64,000 nucleotides of DNA from Octopus sinensis (GCF_006345805.1 NC_042998.1:180916001-180980000), one strand, 5' to 3'; positions 1 to 13,624 are shown, numbered from the stretch's first letter. Program-made: numbers and translations. The notes: generated by a model not told the origin, from the letters alone.

Positions 1-69
<69 letters not shown>
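1..69. repeat. (TAGA)n microsatellite
   Basis: Perfect TAGA run at the window start. Confidence 0.98.
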
Positions 70-315
70 GGATATCTCTGTCGTTTCACGTGAAGCGATA
101 AGTGACAGGACTCAATACAGATGTAGAATATTCTTTACCACATTATAATGGAGGGGCTCCGATTTTCAGTTCACAGAGTTACTCGTTTCCCATCATCAGC
201 TGGTAAACCGAGACTGCTTTTGTCTTGAAATATTCCCTGTATGACAATATTTTGAAATATGGAATGAAGCGCTTATCTTTATCATGGAGTTTATGATATT
301 TGTAATAATATTACC

Positions 316-1105
316 TATTTCGTTACTACCCACAATGGGCTAAACACAAAGAGAACAAACAAGGACAGGCAAATGGATTAAGTCGATTACATCGGCCCCG
401 GTGCGTAACTGGTACTTATTTAATCGACCCCGAAAGGATTAAAGGCAAAGTCGACCTCGGTAGAATTTGAACTAGGAACGTAGCGGCAGACGAAATACTT
501 ATGTTTACTACCCACAAGGGGCTAAACACAGAGAGGACAAACAATGACAGACAAACGGATTAAGTCGATTACATCGACTCCAGTGCGTAACTGGTACTTA
601 ATTTATCGATCCCGAAAGGGTGAAAGGCAAAGTCGACCTCAGCGGAATTTGAACTCAGAACGTAACGGCAGACGAAATATATTTCTATTTCTTTACTACC
701 CACAAGGGGCTAAACACAGAGGGGACAAACAAGTACAGACAAACGGATTAAGTCGACTACATCGACCCCAGTGCATAACTGGTACTTAATTTATCGACCC
801 CGAAAGGATGAAAGGCGAAGTCGACCTCGGCGGAATTTGAACTCAGAACGTAGCGGCAGATGAAATTCATATATCTTTACTACCCACAAGGGGCTAAACT
901 CAGAGAGGACAAACAATGACAGACAAACGGATTAAGTCGATTACATCGACTACAGTGCGTAACTGGTACTTAATTTATCGACCCCGAAAGGGTGAAAGGC
1001 AAAGTCGACCTCGGCGGAATTTGAACTTAGAACGTAACGGCAGACGAAATACCGCTAAGCATTTCGCCCAGCGTGCTAACGATTCTGCCAGCTCGCCGCC
1101 TTATC
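316..1105 (-). mobile_element. Tetrameric array of tRNA-derived SINE family M (central domain resembling the Meta domain) inside one 15-bp TSD
   Basis: Four ~185-bp units with core GGTCGACTTTGCCTTTCATCCTTTCGGGGTCGATAAATTAAGTACCAG (minus strand). Only the unit nearest 1105 keeps the A-box head. TSD TGTAATAATATTACC at 301-315 and 1106-1120. The Meta-domain resemblance is from memory and unverified. Confidence 0.9.
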
Positions 1106-1388
1106 TGTAATAATATTACCACGAGAACCAGAAAAGAAAATCAGAAGCGTGATTTTGAAGAAGCCGTTTTTCGCACGTGTCGTTCATAAAGGTTTTCAAA
1201 CGGAAAAACATAAAGATAAGTGTTCTCTTCAGATTTTCATTCCATATTTCAAAAAATATTCAGACAAAGAATAATTCTAAAGAAAACCAGGCTCAGTTTG
1301 CCAGGTGATGATCGGTAATGAGTAACTCAGCGTACTGGAAATGGGAACCGTTCAGTTATGTAACTGTTATTCTTTTCCATATGGGATG

Positions 1389-1776
1389 GGATGGAAGCAC
1401 TCCGTCGGTTACGACGACGAGGGTTCCGGTTGATCCGAATCAACGGAACAGCCTGCTCGTGAAATTAACGTGTAAGTGGCTCAGCACTCCACAGACACGT
1501 GTACCCTTAACGTAGTTCTCGAGGATATTCAGCGTGACACAGAGAGTGACAAGGCCGGCCCTTTGAAATACAGGTACAACAGAAACAGGAAGTAAGAGTG
1601 AGAGAAAGTTGTGGTGAAAGAGTACAGCAGGGATCACCACCATCCCCTGCCGGAGCCTCGTGGAGCTTTAGGTGTTTTCGCTCAATAAACACTCACAACG
1701 CCCGGTCTGGGAATCGAAACCGCGATCCTTTGACCGCGAGTCCGCTGCCCTAACCACTGGGCCATTGCGCCTCCAC
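1389..1776 (-). mobile_element. tRNA(Arg)-like SINE, tail type A
   Basis: Head GTGGAGGCGCAATGGCCCAGTGGTTAGGGCAGCGGACTCGCGGTC..GGTTTCGATTCCC with A/B boxes; ends CGACGGAGTGCTTCCATCC. Near-identical to 16237-16624 and 26346-26708. Confidence 0.9.
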
Positions 1777-3239
1777 GTCTTTTCTGTATAGTCAACTTTG
1801 GTACAAAGAGTAATTTTTCCCCAAAAGGCAAATAGAATAAAGTAAACAAATAAGTATTTGAAGTGCTTATAATTTTTTAGTGGCCACATGAAAATATTAT
1901 CCGCTATTTAGAAACAAATATAATAACCGATTTTTCACTATTAGTGTACTTTAACTTAAGCAAATTATATCACACTCTTAAACTTGATAATGATAATGGT
2001 GGAAATCAACTAAAATCTGGGTTGCAGTTGGAGACAAGAGATATTTATAATTTCTATAGCATTTTCATGACAATATATCTTTCGGTTCAGCAATTAAAAG
2101 AGAAATAGAATACTGACAACTTCCATTTAATTAGTATAATAATGATTTCTAATTTTAACATCAGATTAATTATTTTTAACATTTATACAGTTGAGTATAA
2201 GAAATATTATAGGCGGCTGAAATTTCCAACAGATTTCTAATACCCATATATAATAGCAACAAAAAAACCTTGCGGTTTATTTTGCCTGTTTGCGATCTGA
2301 ATTCCAACTCCTCTATCGCCTACTCTGGTGGCAGAATAAATTCGTTGGTCGAATGGCTAATATTTTGGCTGCCTTTAGTGGAATCCACTCTGTTACAAGT
2401 ATTCAGACCAGCTCCTCAATTTGGAGATTCTATCCTTCATAATCACCACTTGTCACATATTTATAAAGCATCATAAATACTGCCTTTCTTTCAGGCAATA
2501 TTTTAAAACTTGATCTGAAGGGACAAATATGTAAAGTGAACTCAGACAGAACTTAAACTCAGAACACAAATTGGTCTAACAAAATATATCGATGTATTTA
2601 ATCTTATTATCTACTATTCGCGATGTCTCTTGGCCTTAGAGATGCTACATTAATAAGGTTTTCTAAATCTGATGCAACTTCTCACTTTTGTGGAGTTTAA
2701 CTTATTACATAAATTCATCATAATAGAATGAAATACAATGGGATAAAACTCAGAACGTAAAGTGACGTAATTAACATAGCAAGACCCTTTTGTAGGTGGT
2801 CTACTTTTCTGTCTGTCAACGCTCTTGACTGTACATTAATAATTATAATTTTTGAATAAGGGGGAAATATATATTATCTCTGTGATCCAGCAAGGCAAAC
2901 AAAGACAGATAGTGAGTAATAAACACATAGTGAATTCAATCTCGTAAAGAAAAATCTAATCATGTGTGTCGTTCTGCGACTCCTAACGTACAACATATTT
3001 CATATTTCTTGTACTTTTCCAATGTAGTAAACACAAAAAAGTACATGTTATCCTTTTCTTTTTTTTATGGTTTTCTACTACTGGACTCCGGATAAGCTGA
3101 AGAATACTCGTCGAACATACCTCCCCCATGACATATTTTAATATTGCAAGGATTTTATCGATTACTATTGGTGAAACGTTTAAGTAACTGGAATTAAAAG
3201 AATACAATTTAACACGACTTGAAATTGTTAGCTTTTATA

Positions 3240-3676
3240 TATATTTCTTTACTACCCACAAGGGGCTAAACATAGAGGGGGCAAACAAGAACAGACAAAG
3301 GGATTAAGTCGATTACATCGACCCCAGTGCTAAACTGGTACTTTATTTATCGATCCCGAAAGGATGAAAGGCAAAGTCGACCTCGGTGGAATTTGAACTC
3401 AGAACGTAACGACAGACGAAATGCCTATTTCTATTTCTTTACTACCCAAAAGGGGATAAATACAGAGAAGACATAGAGGGGAGAAACAAGGATAGACAAA
3501 CGGATTAAGTCGATTACATCGACCCCAGTGCGTAACTGGTACTTAATTTATCGACCCCGAAAGGATGAAAGGCAAAGTCGACCTCAGCGGAATTTGAACT
3601 CAGAACGTAACGGCAGACGAAATACCGCTCAGCATTTCGCCCGACGTGCTAACGATTCTGCCAGTTCGCCGCCTTA
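3240..3676 (-). mobile_element. Dimeric SINE family M
   Basis: Two units joined at about 3420-3440; imperfect TSD ATTGTTAG(C/G)T(T/A)TTATA near 3224 and 3676. Confidence 0.88.
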
Positions 3677-5094
3677 TTGTTAGGTATTATAAGGACTGAC
3701 AAGCAAGCATGTAACATGTATTTGCATATATGTGTGCGCGCGCACGTGTATACGTGTTTAAGGTGAAATGAGAAAATCACCAGATGCCTCCCTTTAGTTA
3801 CTCTGAGTTGAATTTCCGCTGACATGAATTTTGCTTTGCATCCTTTTGAGTTCGATAAATAAAGTATCAGATAGGTGTCGATATTTTACTGTTTCTGGTC
3901 CTGTCTTACACTCTTTCTTGAGAGAAAATCAGCTGTGTTCAAACATGAAGGTAAGTTGATCTTCCGTATTTATAATATCTAAGACACGGTGTATAATCGC
4001 GTCGGCGCCCCTTTGACTTCATCAGCAGTACATTTCATACGGATGACGGTCTTCTGTAGTTTTCGTCTACAAGTTTCCACGCAGAACGCTTTGTCTTATC
4101 GGATCCGTAATCAACTCAATTCGATATATGTACATTTATAGAGCGTGCACGCACACACACACAAATACATATAGTGAGAAATTGAGGCGGGCAGATAGCT
4201 AGATAAATAGATAGATAGATAGTGAGAGAGAGAGGGAGACGGAGACGGAGGGGGTTTCATTTAATAAACGCAAATATAACATTTCATTTACTTTCTATTC
4301 CATATATTTCCGGTTTTCTCTTGAGCAGCGTTAAGATAAAAATGATTTAAATCACCATACGAGAGAATATCTAAAACCATTCAAAGAAAATAAAATTTAT
4401 AACTTGATAGTTTCAACTCTGTTTAAAAGAAATAAATTAAACTAAAATTGGAGGAAAAGAAGCATTTAAGTTTTAAGAATTTAATTAGATTTTATTGACG
4501 TGCTGTCTCTCTAATAAATAAATAAAAAATACTGGCTGTCTGCAAGATTTTCGCTTCGGTCACCTCATACACAGAGCTAGTCAGAATTTATTATAGGAAA
4601 GTTAAAGAGAATGACTTAGATAGTCTGACGTCTCCGGATGCTATGAGCTTTAAATTCATATGTGATTTGCCACACGCTGCTGATTTCTTTCGTATGGATG
4701 TTTTTTTTTCTCTATCATTAGAAAATAGTAGCGTGGATGACCAAGTCGATGGAAGAGCAAATAACAATCAACCAATTAGATAGCAATTCTTCTCTTCCCA
4801 TTTATACACTTATTAGGTCTGTACTAAAAAAACAATGGTTCTTCAATAGCAGTCCTATCAACCTGGCTGTAATATGAAAGACGACTTCACAACAATATCG
4901 CTACGAGTGTTTTGTTGCTTAAGGTCCTGAGTTCAACTTCTGTGGTTATGATTTGTAGATGTAGGTTTCATTAAGCTGACAGATCCCTGATATAGCTAAT
5001 GAAAACAAATGTCTGAAGGCGTCTGTACATGGTCGCTCCACCTACTAGAAGCAGCAGACAAATTTCCCTTGAATAACATTCTTCTATCTTAAAA

Positions 5095-5462
5095 TTAGCA
5101 GTATTCCCCGGCGTTGCTCGGCTTTGTTTCGACCCTTTAGAATTGGAATTTTTGAAAACTAAAACTTTTGCAATATGTAGCTTCTTATTCTCTTTAAGTG
5201 AACATTTTTTTCTGGTTGAAATACACCGAAAAATGGCGACACAACAGTCAAAAAATCGTAAAAAATAGGGATTTTCATAGAAAAAAAGCACCTTTTTATG
5301 TAAATAATTTTTGGTGTTAACATGGTCCGATTTTAATTTTTTCTTCTATCATACTCTCAATTTTGGTCAACTTGTGTCGAAGAGTCGCGGAGGAGATAGT
5401 GTTAGTTGAAGGCTACCAAACCTACCATACACAGACAACTTCAGCTTTATATAGAGAGAGAT
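5095..5462 (+). mobile_element. Non-autonomous Helitron-like (HINE/Lep1-type) element
   Basis: Starts TTAGCAGTATTCCCCGGCGTTGCTCGG and ends ACAGACAACTTCAGCTTTATATAGAGAGAGAT; these termini are typical of this class. Confidence 0.6.
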
Positions 5463-5837
5463 AAGTATAGAACACGTTTGATAAGGTATTTTTAAAAGAC
5501 CACTAATACGATGGGATTGCCGTTGTTGGAATACCTTCGAAATAGGTCAGCTTGATTAGAGCTGACCTGGAGCTAATCAATAACAATGATACGTGATTAT
5601 GTGATTGCTGTTTATCTCCATGTCAGTCCTAGTATATCAATTATACCTATTTTTCTATTACTTTTTCTTACGTTGTTTCAGAAATTGACGCAAATATGCG
5701 GTTAGAAGACCATTTCGAAGGTACTGGATTCTGGATTAGATCCTAACAATTGTCTTCAGCTGCAGCCTTCAGGTTTCGAATGCCATTTGAGTAGAATTTG
5801 GTGGAACGTGTATGAATATATATATATATATATATAT

Positions 5838-6048
5838 AACGGGAAGCTATATGAAAATAAAAAAAAAGACGAAGGCAGGTGGAATACAAACAAACAATTG
5901 TATTAGTATGGCGCTCAGGAATATAAATAAAACAAGTCTTTTACGTTTCGAGCCTACGCTCTTCAACAGAAAGATACACAGAAAAGAAACACGGAGAGAA
6001 ACAAGGAGAGAAAAAAAAATGCGTGCAGAAACTAGCGAATCAACATGG
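5838..6048 (-). mobile_element. Solo Penelope-type pseudo-LTR (family H1) flanked by (TA)n
   Basis: Homologous to 29990-30170; carries the hammerhead-like motif at 5937-5974. Confidence 0.65.
5937..5974 (-). ncRNA. Minimal type I hammerhead-like motif, non-canonical core (U at position 6)
   Basis: TCTTT CTGTTGA A GAGC GTAG GCTC GAAAC GTA AAAGA: 5-bp stem I, 4-bp stem II, palindromic ACGT minimal stem III. Confidence 0.6.
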
Positions 6049-6756
6049 CGATATATATATATATATCTGTTTGTGTGCGTGCGTGTATGTGTAGATATTT
6101 ATAAGTATGTATGTATATTTTTTGCAGGTGTATTTCGTCGACGGACATAGATGATTTTCGAGAAACTAAATTAATGACACATGTCAGCAGGCGTCACTCA
6201 CGCCGTCAGCTATACACTAAATCAACCAACAACACTGTTGTTTAAAATATAGGTATCATGGACCAGATGGTGATGTTCAACACAATGCTTAATTAAATCT
6301 ATTTATGATCAATATTTGGATGATAGCTTCTGATAACGAACCGAGGGGTAGTAGTTGGACGCGCATTGATTATGTTTGCTGGTATTTTATGTTTACATTT
6401 CACTGTATGAATTTAATACGCTCTATGATATATTATCTGATGTGAATGTAAAAACCATATGGAGTCGGACAGAATGGAAGCGTATTATGTATTTTGTCTA
6501 ATTTATTGTTCTCATGACGTTGAATCCAGAAATTTATATATATGAAATAGAGCGGTATTAATCGAGAAAATTTTGCATCGTATTTTTTTTTATTTGAGTT
6601 TGCTATCGGATGTATTACATTGAATCTCTCAGATGTTGTAAGGGACAATGTGAACAGCAAGACTGACAAGGTTGATAATGTAGATCTACAGGATGACAAT
6701 GAGAACAGTTTCAAATGAGTGACGAAGTTGATGATTTGAACTAATTAGTGATGAAT

Positions 6757-7058
6757 GTTTGTTCCTTCTCGAGCCACGCCTGGCTCATAAGGGCCGGTTT
6801 CCCGGTATCCTTGGCGTATAGGTCCCCCACCTGGACGGGACGCCGGTCCGTCGCAGGGGAGCTGCAAGCTGCAGGAGGAAAGAGTGAGAGAAGGTTGTGG
6901 CGAAAGAGTCACCAGAGGTTCGCCTTTACCTTCTGCCGGAGCCGCGTGGAGCTTAGGTGTTTCGCTCATAAACACACACATCGCCCGGTCTGAGATTCGT
7001 ACCCGCGATCCCTCGACCGCGAGTCCACTGCTCTAACCGCTAGGCCATGTGCCTCCAC
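6757..7058 (-). mobile_element. tRNA(Arg)-like SINE, tail type B
   Basis: Same head and body as type A; 3' tail GAAACCGGCCCTTATGAGCCAGGCGTGGCTCGAGAAGGAACAAAC; degenerate TSD TA(G/C)TGATG(A/T)AT. Confidence 0.88.
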
Positions 7059-7902
7059 TACTGATGTATGTACACGATAAAGAATTCAATTGAGTGTGAT
7101 GGTAGAGACAATGGACATTTCAGTAAAAGAAATGACATCAGCTAGGATAATCTTATGAATTAAATGAAAGGACAATGTTAACAACTGCAACGATAACGCC
7201 GTCGTTGATGATGTGATGGTAGCAGTTAAAACAATAACAGCAATGAAAGCGATGGCAATGAAAATGATAAAAACAACGATGTAAACAGCAATGGAAACGA
7301 TGGTAAGAAAAATTAGCTTCATACGTTTACAACTTTTCACAATATCGATAATGACGCCACCCTTCACAACAACACTTACATTAAAACAGGTAGATCGCCT
7401 TTTCTTTCTTCCACCTTCTCGTCTCTCGCCTCATCTCCTCCTCTCTATCACTTTCTCTTTACGTTTGCTCAACCTATCATTTCCCCCTTTTTTTTTCACA
7501 CTCTTCAAGCCAAGCTCCACTGATCTGTATCAAATATATTCACGCCATATCCTAATATATTATGAGACATATATAAATCTAATATAAAAAATTGAAAACA
7601 TTGCCATTTCCTGTCGCACTTGTTCTATAACTCCATTATACCATCTTTTATCAGTTTATATTTCATCGTTTTCTCATTTGTATTATCTTCAATATACCCA
7701 AAGCCACTACTTATATGGAAGAAAGGGGCGGAGAAACTGTGAATGGGGTCTCTTTCCGCCCTTTCAATTGACTCAGTGCCGTACCACTATAGTTTCTATC
7801 AGATATTAAAACCTATGCTACCAGAATTAATAATACGCAATAGAAAAGAAATAAAATTAAAATACAAACACACACATGAACACAACACAACACACACACA
7901 GT

Positions 7903-7936
<34 letters not shown>

Positions 7937-8123
7937 TGTTATAGATTCTCGCTATACAGCGAATCTGTAATGGGTAATAGTTTACAGTTACTGTAACAAG
8001 AACAAAAGCAACATCGCGCGCAATAAAAATATAATAAGGATAGTTATTATAAGAAAGGTAACAGCAAAAAGGCGAGAATATTGATTACTATTAAATGTGG
8101 GGGAAGGTACATGGTTATTGCAG

Positions 8124-8360
<237 letters not shown>

Positions 8361-8427
8361 CTTTATTAAAGAAAAATGTAATGACTAATGATTTTTGTTA
8401 TTATTGTTGTTAATGTTGGTAGCCATT

Positions 8428-8459
<32 letters not shown>

Positions 8460-9226
8460 GGTGGTGATGGTGGTACTCTCATTGCCACTAGGAGAACACC
8501 GGAAAAAGAGAAATCGTCACGGTAACGAAAACAAAACAAAAATATTCCAATGACTGTTATTGAACGATATATATGTGTGTAAAGAAGAATTCTAAGCGAA
8601 AACTATCCAATAGTATTTTTTCACTCTTCACATAATCTGTTAATCAAACTTGGAATTAGGAACGCGTGGAGACAGCTTCAGAGAATACATTTGAAGACGA
8701 ATCAGGGTCAGTTGATGTTTTATATTTTACTACAATTCACTTGCAATACTACAGCCAAGTTTCCCCAATCGTTAAGCAATATGTTTCTGGGGAACTATAA
8801 CTTCACCGTTTTAGCTTCTTATGAAACATAGTAAAGAGGAGATTATGCCTTATATTTGTTCTCTGCATTAGTTCTTGCAGTCTTGATGCTTATAAATGCT
8901 AGTAAATGAAGAAAGTACAATCTAATCGACTATCATTAGATATAGTCTATTAGCACTGGTGCTAGAGCGATAGAATAGGGACTGATTACGTTCAAGTAAT
9001 AATGTCACATAGACTTCCATAGAATGCAAACTACCCAAATGAAATTTCATTAGAGTAATTAGAATAGTTTCCAGTATACTTCTATAATTGCATAATTCAG
9101 ATCATATATATATATCTGTGTGTATGTGTGTTTATATATATAGTAAATTGATCTCACTAAAAAGGTCGACTATTAGTAGTGTGTATAATACATGTGGAGT
9201 GAAAGGCTTACATATATATATGTAAG

Positions 9227-9269
<43 letters not shown>

Positions 9270-9495
9270 GCACGGACTTTGTCAGTGAACAGGTCGCAGA
9301 TTTTAGCGACGAAAATATTTTGACAAATTAAACTTAAATGTTGGAGTGAATCGAACGGCTTTTGTGTGTTTCTTAAATGGCTTATAAACACCTTCCACGC
9401 TGCAATTGTTTTCGTTTCAGCACACGATCTCAGATCAAATTACTTGCTATGCGAGTACATCTCCGTAATATATATATATATATATATATATATGC

Positions 9496-9546
<51 letters not shown>

Positions 9547-9589
9547 TATATTTACATTTATATATACATATATATCTGTATATATACAG

Positions 9590-9634
<45 letters not shown>

Positions 9635-9894
9635 GCATGTATGGGTACAGGACATCACCGACTGTGTAAACTACATGAAATACGAAAACAACGAGTTAAA
9701 TATGCAAACAACGAGAAGGAAAAATGGAAAATAGGACAAGTAACACGGAGAATGACCCTTCATCAGTTGTCGGCTGTCTATTTACTCCTCATTTCTTGAA
9801 CCATGACCAGTAAACAAGTGTCAGCTTAGTCTGCTGGCTGTGGACAGCTGACACTTACCATTATCCCGAGCAAAATAAGCTGTGAACTTAATAA

Positions 9895-10099
9895 TAGTTT
9901 CAAATTTTGACACAAGGCTAGCAATTTTAGGGAAGGGGCTTAAGTCGATTGGATCGACACCAGAGCTCAACTGGTTCTTGTATTCTCGATCACGAATGGA
10001 TAAAGGGCAAGGCGGAATTTTGGACTCAGAAAATAAAAACGGACGGAAAGTCGCTAAGCATTTCAACTGGCACGGTAACGGTTCTGCCAGCTCGCCGCT
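9895..10099 (-). mobile_element. SINE family M, variant tail (CCTTGTGTCAAAATTTGAAAC)
   Basis: Diverged copy with the family core and the A/B-box head. Confidence 0.8.
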
Positions 10100-10574
10100 A
10101 TTGCAATAGGGATGTTTGTTGGAAATATTATAAAGACAGATTAATAATAGTGTAAGTGTTTACACATAACCGAATGAAAAGAGAAACAATGAAAAATGAT
10201 AGAAAGTGCATATGGTATACAAAAATTTGCCTGGCATAGTCCTGACTTCCTCCTCCCCATTCTTTCCAAGAGGAACTGAAAAAAGTCGATGAAATCTTGA
10301 TGGAATAGAAAGTGTCTTAGTATTTAAAGTCACGTCCAACACACAACATCTCTCTTCCTTGTCACCAACAAAGAGGAAATTCCTCTCCTGCCCTTTTAGA
10401 AGGGCGGCTGATTGGTCCTAGATGGATTTTCTAAGAAATCAGTAAGGAAGAGTCACGTAGAAGCATCCGAATGTGTAGGGTTTAAGAAGAAACGTTTAAC
10501 CAAAATTTTACTGTTTGCAAGTCTACTTGGTGAAATTTGCTCGCACTGTAACATATCGAGTAGAAAGGAGTGGT

Positions 10575-10868
10575 TCCTTCTCGAGCCACGCCTGACTCAT
10601 AAGGGCCGGTTTCCCGGTTTCCTTGGCGTATAGGTTCCCCACCTGGACGGGACGCCGGTCCGTCGCCGGTGAGCTGCAAGATGCAGGAGGAAATAGTGAG
10701 AGAAAGTTATGACGAAGCAGTCAGCAGAATTTCGCCAGTCTTCTGCCGGAGCCGCGTGGAGCTTAGGTGTTTCGCTCATAAACACACACACCGCTCGGTC
10801 TGAGATTCGAACCAGCGATTCCTCGACCGCGAGTCCACTGCTCTAACCACTAGGCCATGTGCCTCCAC
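10575..10868 (-). mobile_element. tRNA(Arg)-like SINE, tail type B, with perfect 14-bp TSD
   Basis: TSD TAGAAAGGAGTGGT at 10561-10574 and 10869-10882. Confidence 0.92.
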
Positions 10869-12566
10869 TAGAAAGGAGTGGTACACATATACAACATTAA
10901 AAAAAGGGGTCACCGAGCATGATAATGCTATAATCTAGGATATGCCAATCAACACAAACAGTAGGGGTGGGGACAAAGACAATAGATGGGATATTGTTAA
11001 CAAGGATCACCAGGAAAAGACATTTTTCCTAATTAAAATATTAGCACGAAAAGAAGACAATGTATCTTTCAAAATAACGGTGGAATTTTCCAAATACATA
11101 GATCTGAAAATAAATAAAGTCAGAATGTAAAGGTTACAAAATAGAAACAGACTCGTTACTAATAGGCTTTTGGGAAATGATTTAAAACATCAACACACAA
11201 GAAGCTGTACACTGGACAAATTAACATTTCTGCGCTCGGTAGTGTAGTGAAAACACGCAATAAAAATAAGATTACTGAATGAGGATGATGAGGAAGAGAA
11301 GGAGGAGGAGGAGGAGAAGAAGAAGCAGAAGAAGAAGAAGAAGAAGAAGAAGAAGAAGAGGAACTATAATAAAAAATAAATCGTTGAATAGCTAAACTCT
11401 GTAATTCCCTAATTAATTTTTAATACGTAATTCTCTAGGCTGTTTGTTGTGTGTGTCTATTTTGCACGTGACTGTGTGTGTGTGTGTATACACAAATCAA
11501 ATGCTTGTATATGAATATATGAACCAGTACGTGCGGAAAGGTCAATGTCGTTGACTGTACGTATGTGCGTGTGTGTCTCCGTGTATGCGAGTGCGTGCGC
11601 ATAAATGAGAATCTGTATGTACAAGCGTTATGTGTGTTTATGTTTGTGTTGTGTATGTTGCGTATTTGAGCGAAGACAAAAGCCGTCCGGATTGTTATCC
11701 AAATTTAAATCCGTTTCTCTGAGGGAGGAAAAAAATAAAAGATAATAAACAGAAAATATGTTGTTCCATTAACGTAACGTAAAAAATAGAAAGCTGTATT
11801 GTCTCTTAAGGACTTAATACTGCTGGATTTTATAGCATGAGATTATAACTATGAATATTTCAGTTGATATTAGCAATATGGTGGGCGACAAATTAATTTA
11901 ACTCATTAATCATCTATGAAAATTACATATTTAATGTGACGTATAAAAATGCCGTTAAAACCAACTCCAGAATTATTCTTTTTGCTATGAATATTTTCTA
12001 TTATAAAGTAAAATATGATAAATTATAATAATATTAATGCAAACGAAATAACCTAACGGTTAATTAATAATATATATATAGGGTTTTGTTTCTATGTTAG
12101 CAATAAAACAAAATTTCAACATAAAAAATATTCTGTCAATGTTTGCTAATTTTTATTTTTATTTATCTCCTGGGAATCACAGATGTCCGAGTCACTATGG
12201 TGCCGATCGATTGACAGCAGGATCCTGAATTGATATCTCGATACCGACTTTCAAACGTGACTAGTGAAGTTGTGTAATTGCCAACTACGCTGATAACTTG
12301 GTGTGGCGAACAAAAAAACAAAAACGTCCACTGCTGGAAGGCAATGCGAGTATTAGTAATGACAAGTGGTTCGTGTTATTTTCAGTGCGGTTCTCTAAAT
12401 TTCTCCTATTTAGCTCGAAGAAAAGTGGCTCCACCAAATGTACTTTCTCCACGAATACACGATATGAAGACGGATTTTTGTTTTCGTTTTTTTTTTCTTT
12501 TAGCGGTATTCCACTGCATCCCACGGTGTTGTCGGGGGTGGGGGTGGGGAGAAGGCGGTGGAGAGG

Positions 12567-12790
12567 AGAAGAAGAAGAAGAAGAAGAAGAAGACGAAGAG
12601 GGAGGAGGAGGAGGAGGAGGAGAAGAAGAAGAAGAAGAAGAAGGAGAAGGAGAAGAAGAAGAAAAAGAAGAAGAAGAAGAAGAAGAAGAAGAAGAAGAAG
12701 AAGAAGAAGAAGAATGAGAAGAAGAATGAGAAGAAGAAAAAGAAGACGATGTCGACAATGATGATGAGGATGATGATGATATGATGATCA
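12567..12790. repeat. (GAA)/(GAG)/(GAT) purine-rich microsatellite
   Basis: Directly visible; source of the poly-K/E/R/S ORFs. Confidence 0.97.
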
Positions 12791-13080
12791 TCCTATTTCA
12801 TTGGAGGAGGATGAAGATACTCTAAACCAACAAGTAATTTTTCCAGAATTTCTAAATTGACCATTGTTATTGTATAAAGTTTTAAACGATATTTATATTA
12901 TGAAACAACGATAATTTTGAGTGACAACTCACATTGACATTATTAAGTAAAATACAATGGAAAAATGTTGGTATATATTGAGTTTGTATTGAAAAAAATC
13001 CTATTGTAATTGTAATTTAACTGCAGTGTTTATACAATACAGACAACTTTTTGATAAACGAAAGTATATATATATGCACA

Positions 13081-13385
<305 letters not shown>

Positions 13386-13460
13386 ATATACATGAGCAAT
13401 ATGACTGTAGAGAACATGGAAACTGGTACATACTCAAAATATGTTTCTTTTTCTTTTCGT

Positions 13461-13624
13461 TGTAGGGAATTAGTAATAATGGTACACGTGCCCCACATGA
13501 CGAATGGAATAAACTAGTCACTATAAATAAAGAGAGTACGTAGCAGGTGGTCAGAGATAGTCGTGTCTTTACTGGTTTTACTAAGTATACTGTATACTGA
13601 AGTGGGCGCTATAATAATTCAACA
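13461..13624 (+). repeat. 5' LTR of the Gypsy element
   Basis: TGTAGGGAATTAG...TTCAACA; aligns by eye with 16065-16223. Confidence 0.88.

Noticed and set aside
316-1105. CRISPR-like or satellite-like regular array
   Set aside because: Units are whole SINE bodies with no unique spacers, no cas genes are present, and the context is eukaryotic.
1700-1776. tRNA genes at SINE heads (also 16237, 21852, 26708, 59611)
   Set aside because: They have A/B boxes but no complete cloverleaf acceptor stem, and they run on into SINE bodies.
3990-4040. CTGATGA AGTC..GAC motif (minus strand), and a similar one at 16745-16790
   Set aside because: GAAAC or the core is too decayed to call as a hammerhead by eye.
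10160-10560. Possible exon or L1-type endonuclease fragment
   Set aside because: Only a vague GRDF motif; no consistent frame or recognisable domain.
12278-12791. 168-aa poly-K/E/S ORFs
   Set aside because: Produced by the (GAA)/(GAG) tract, which is open in several frames.
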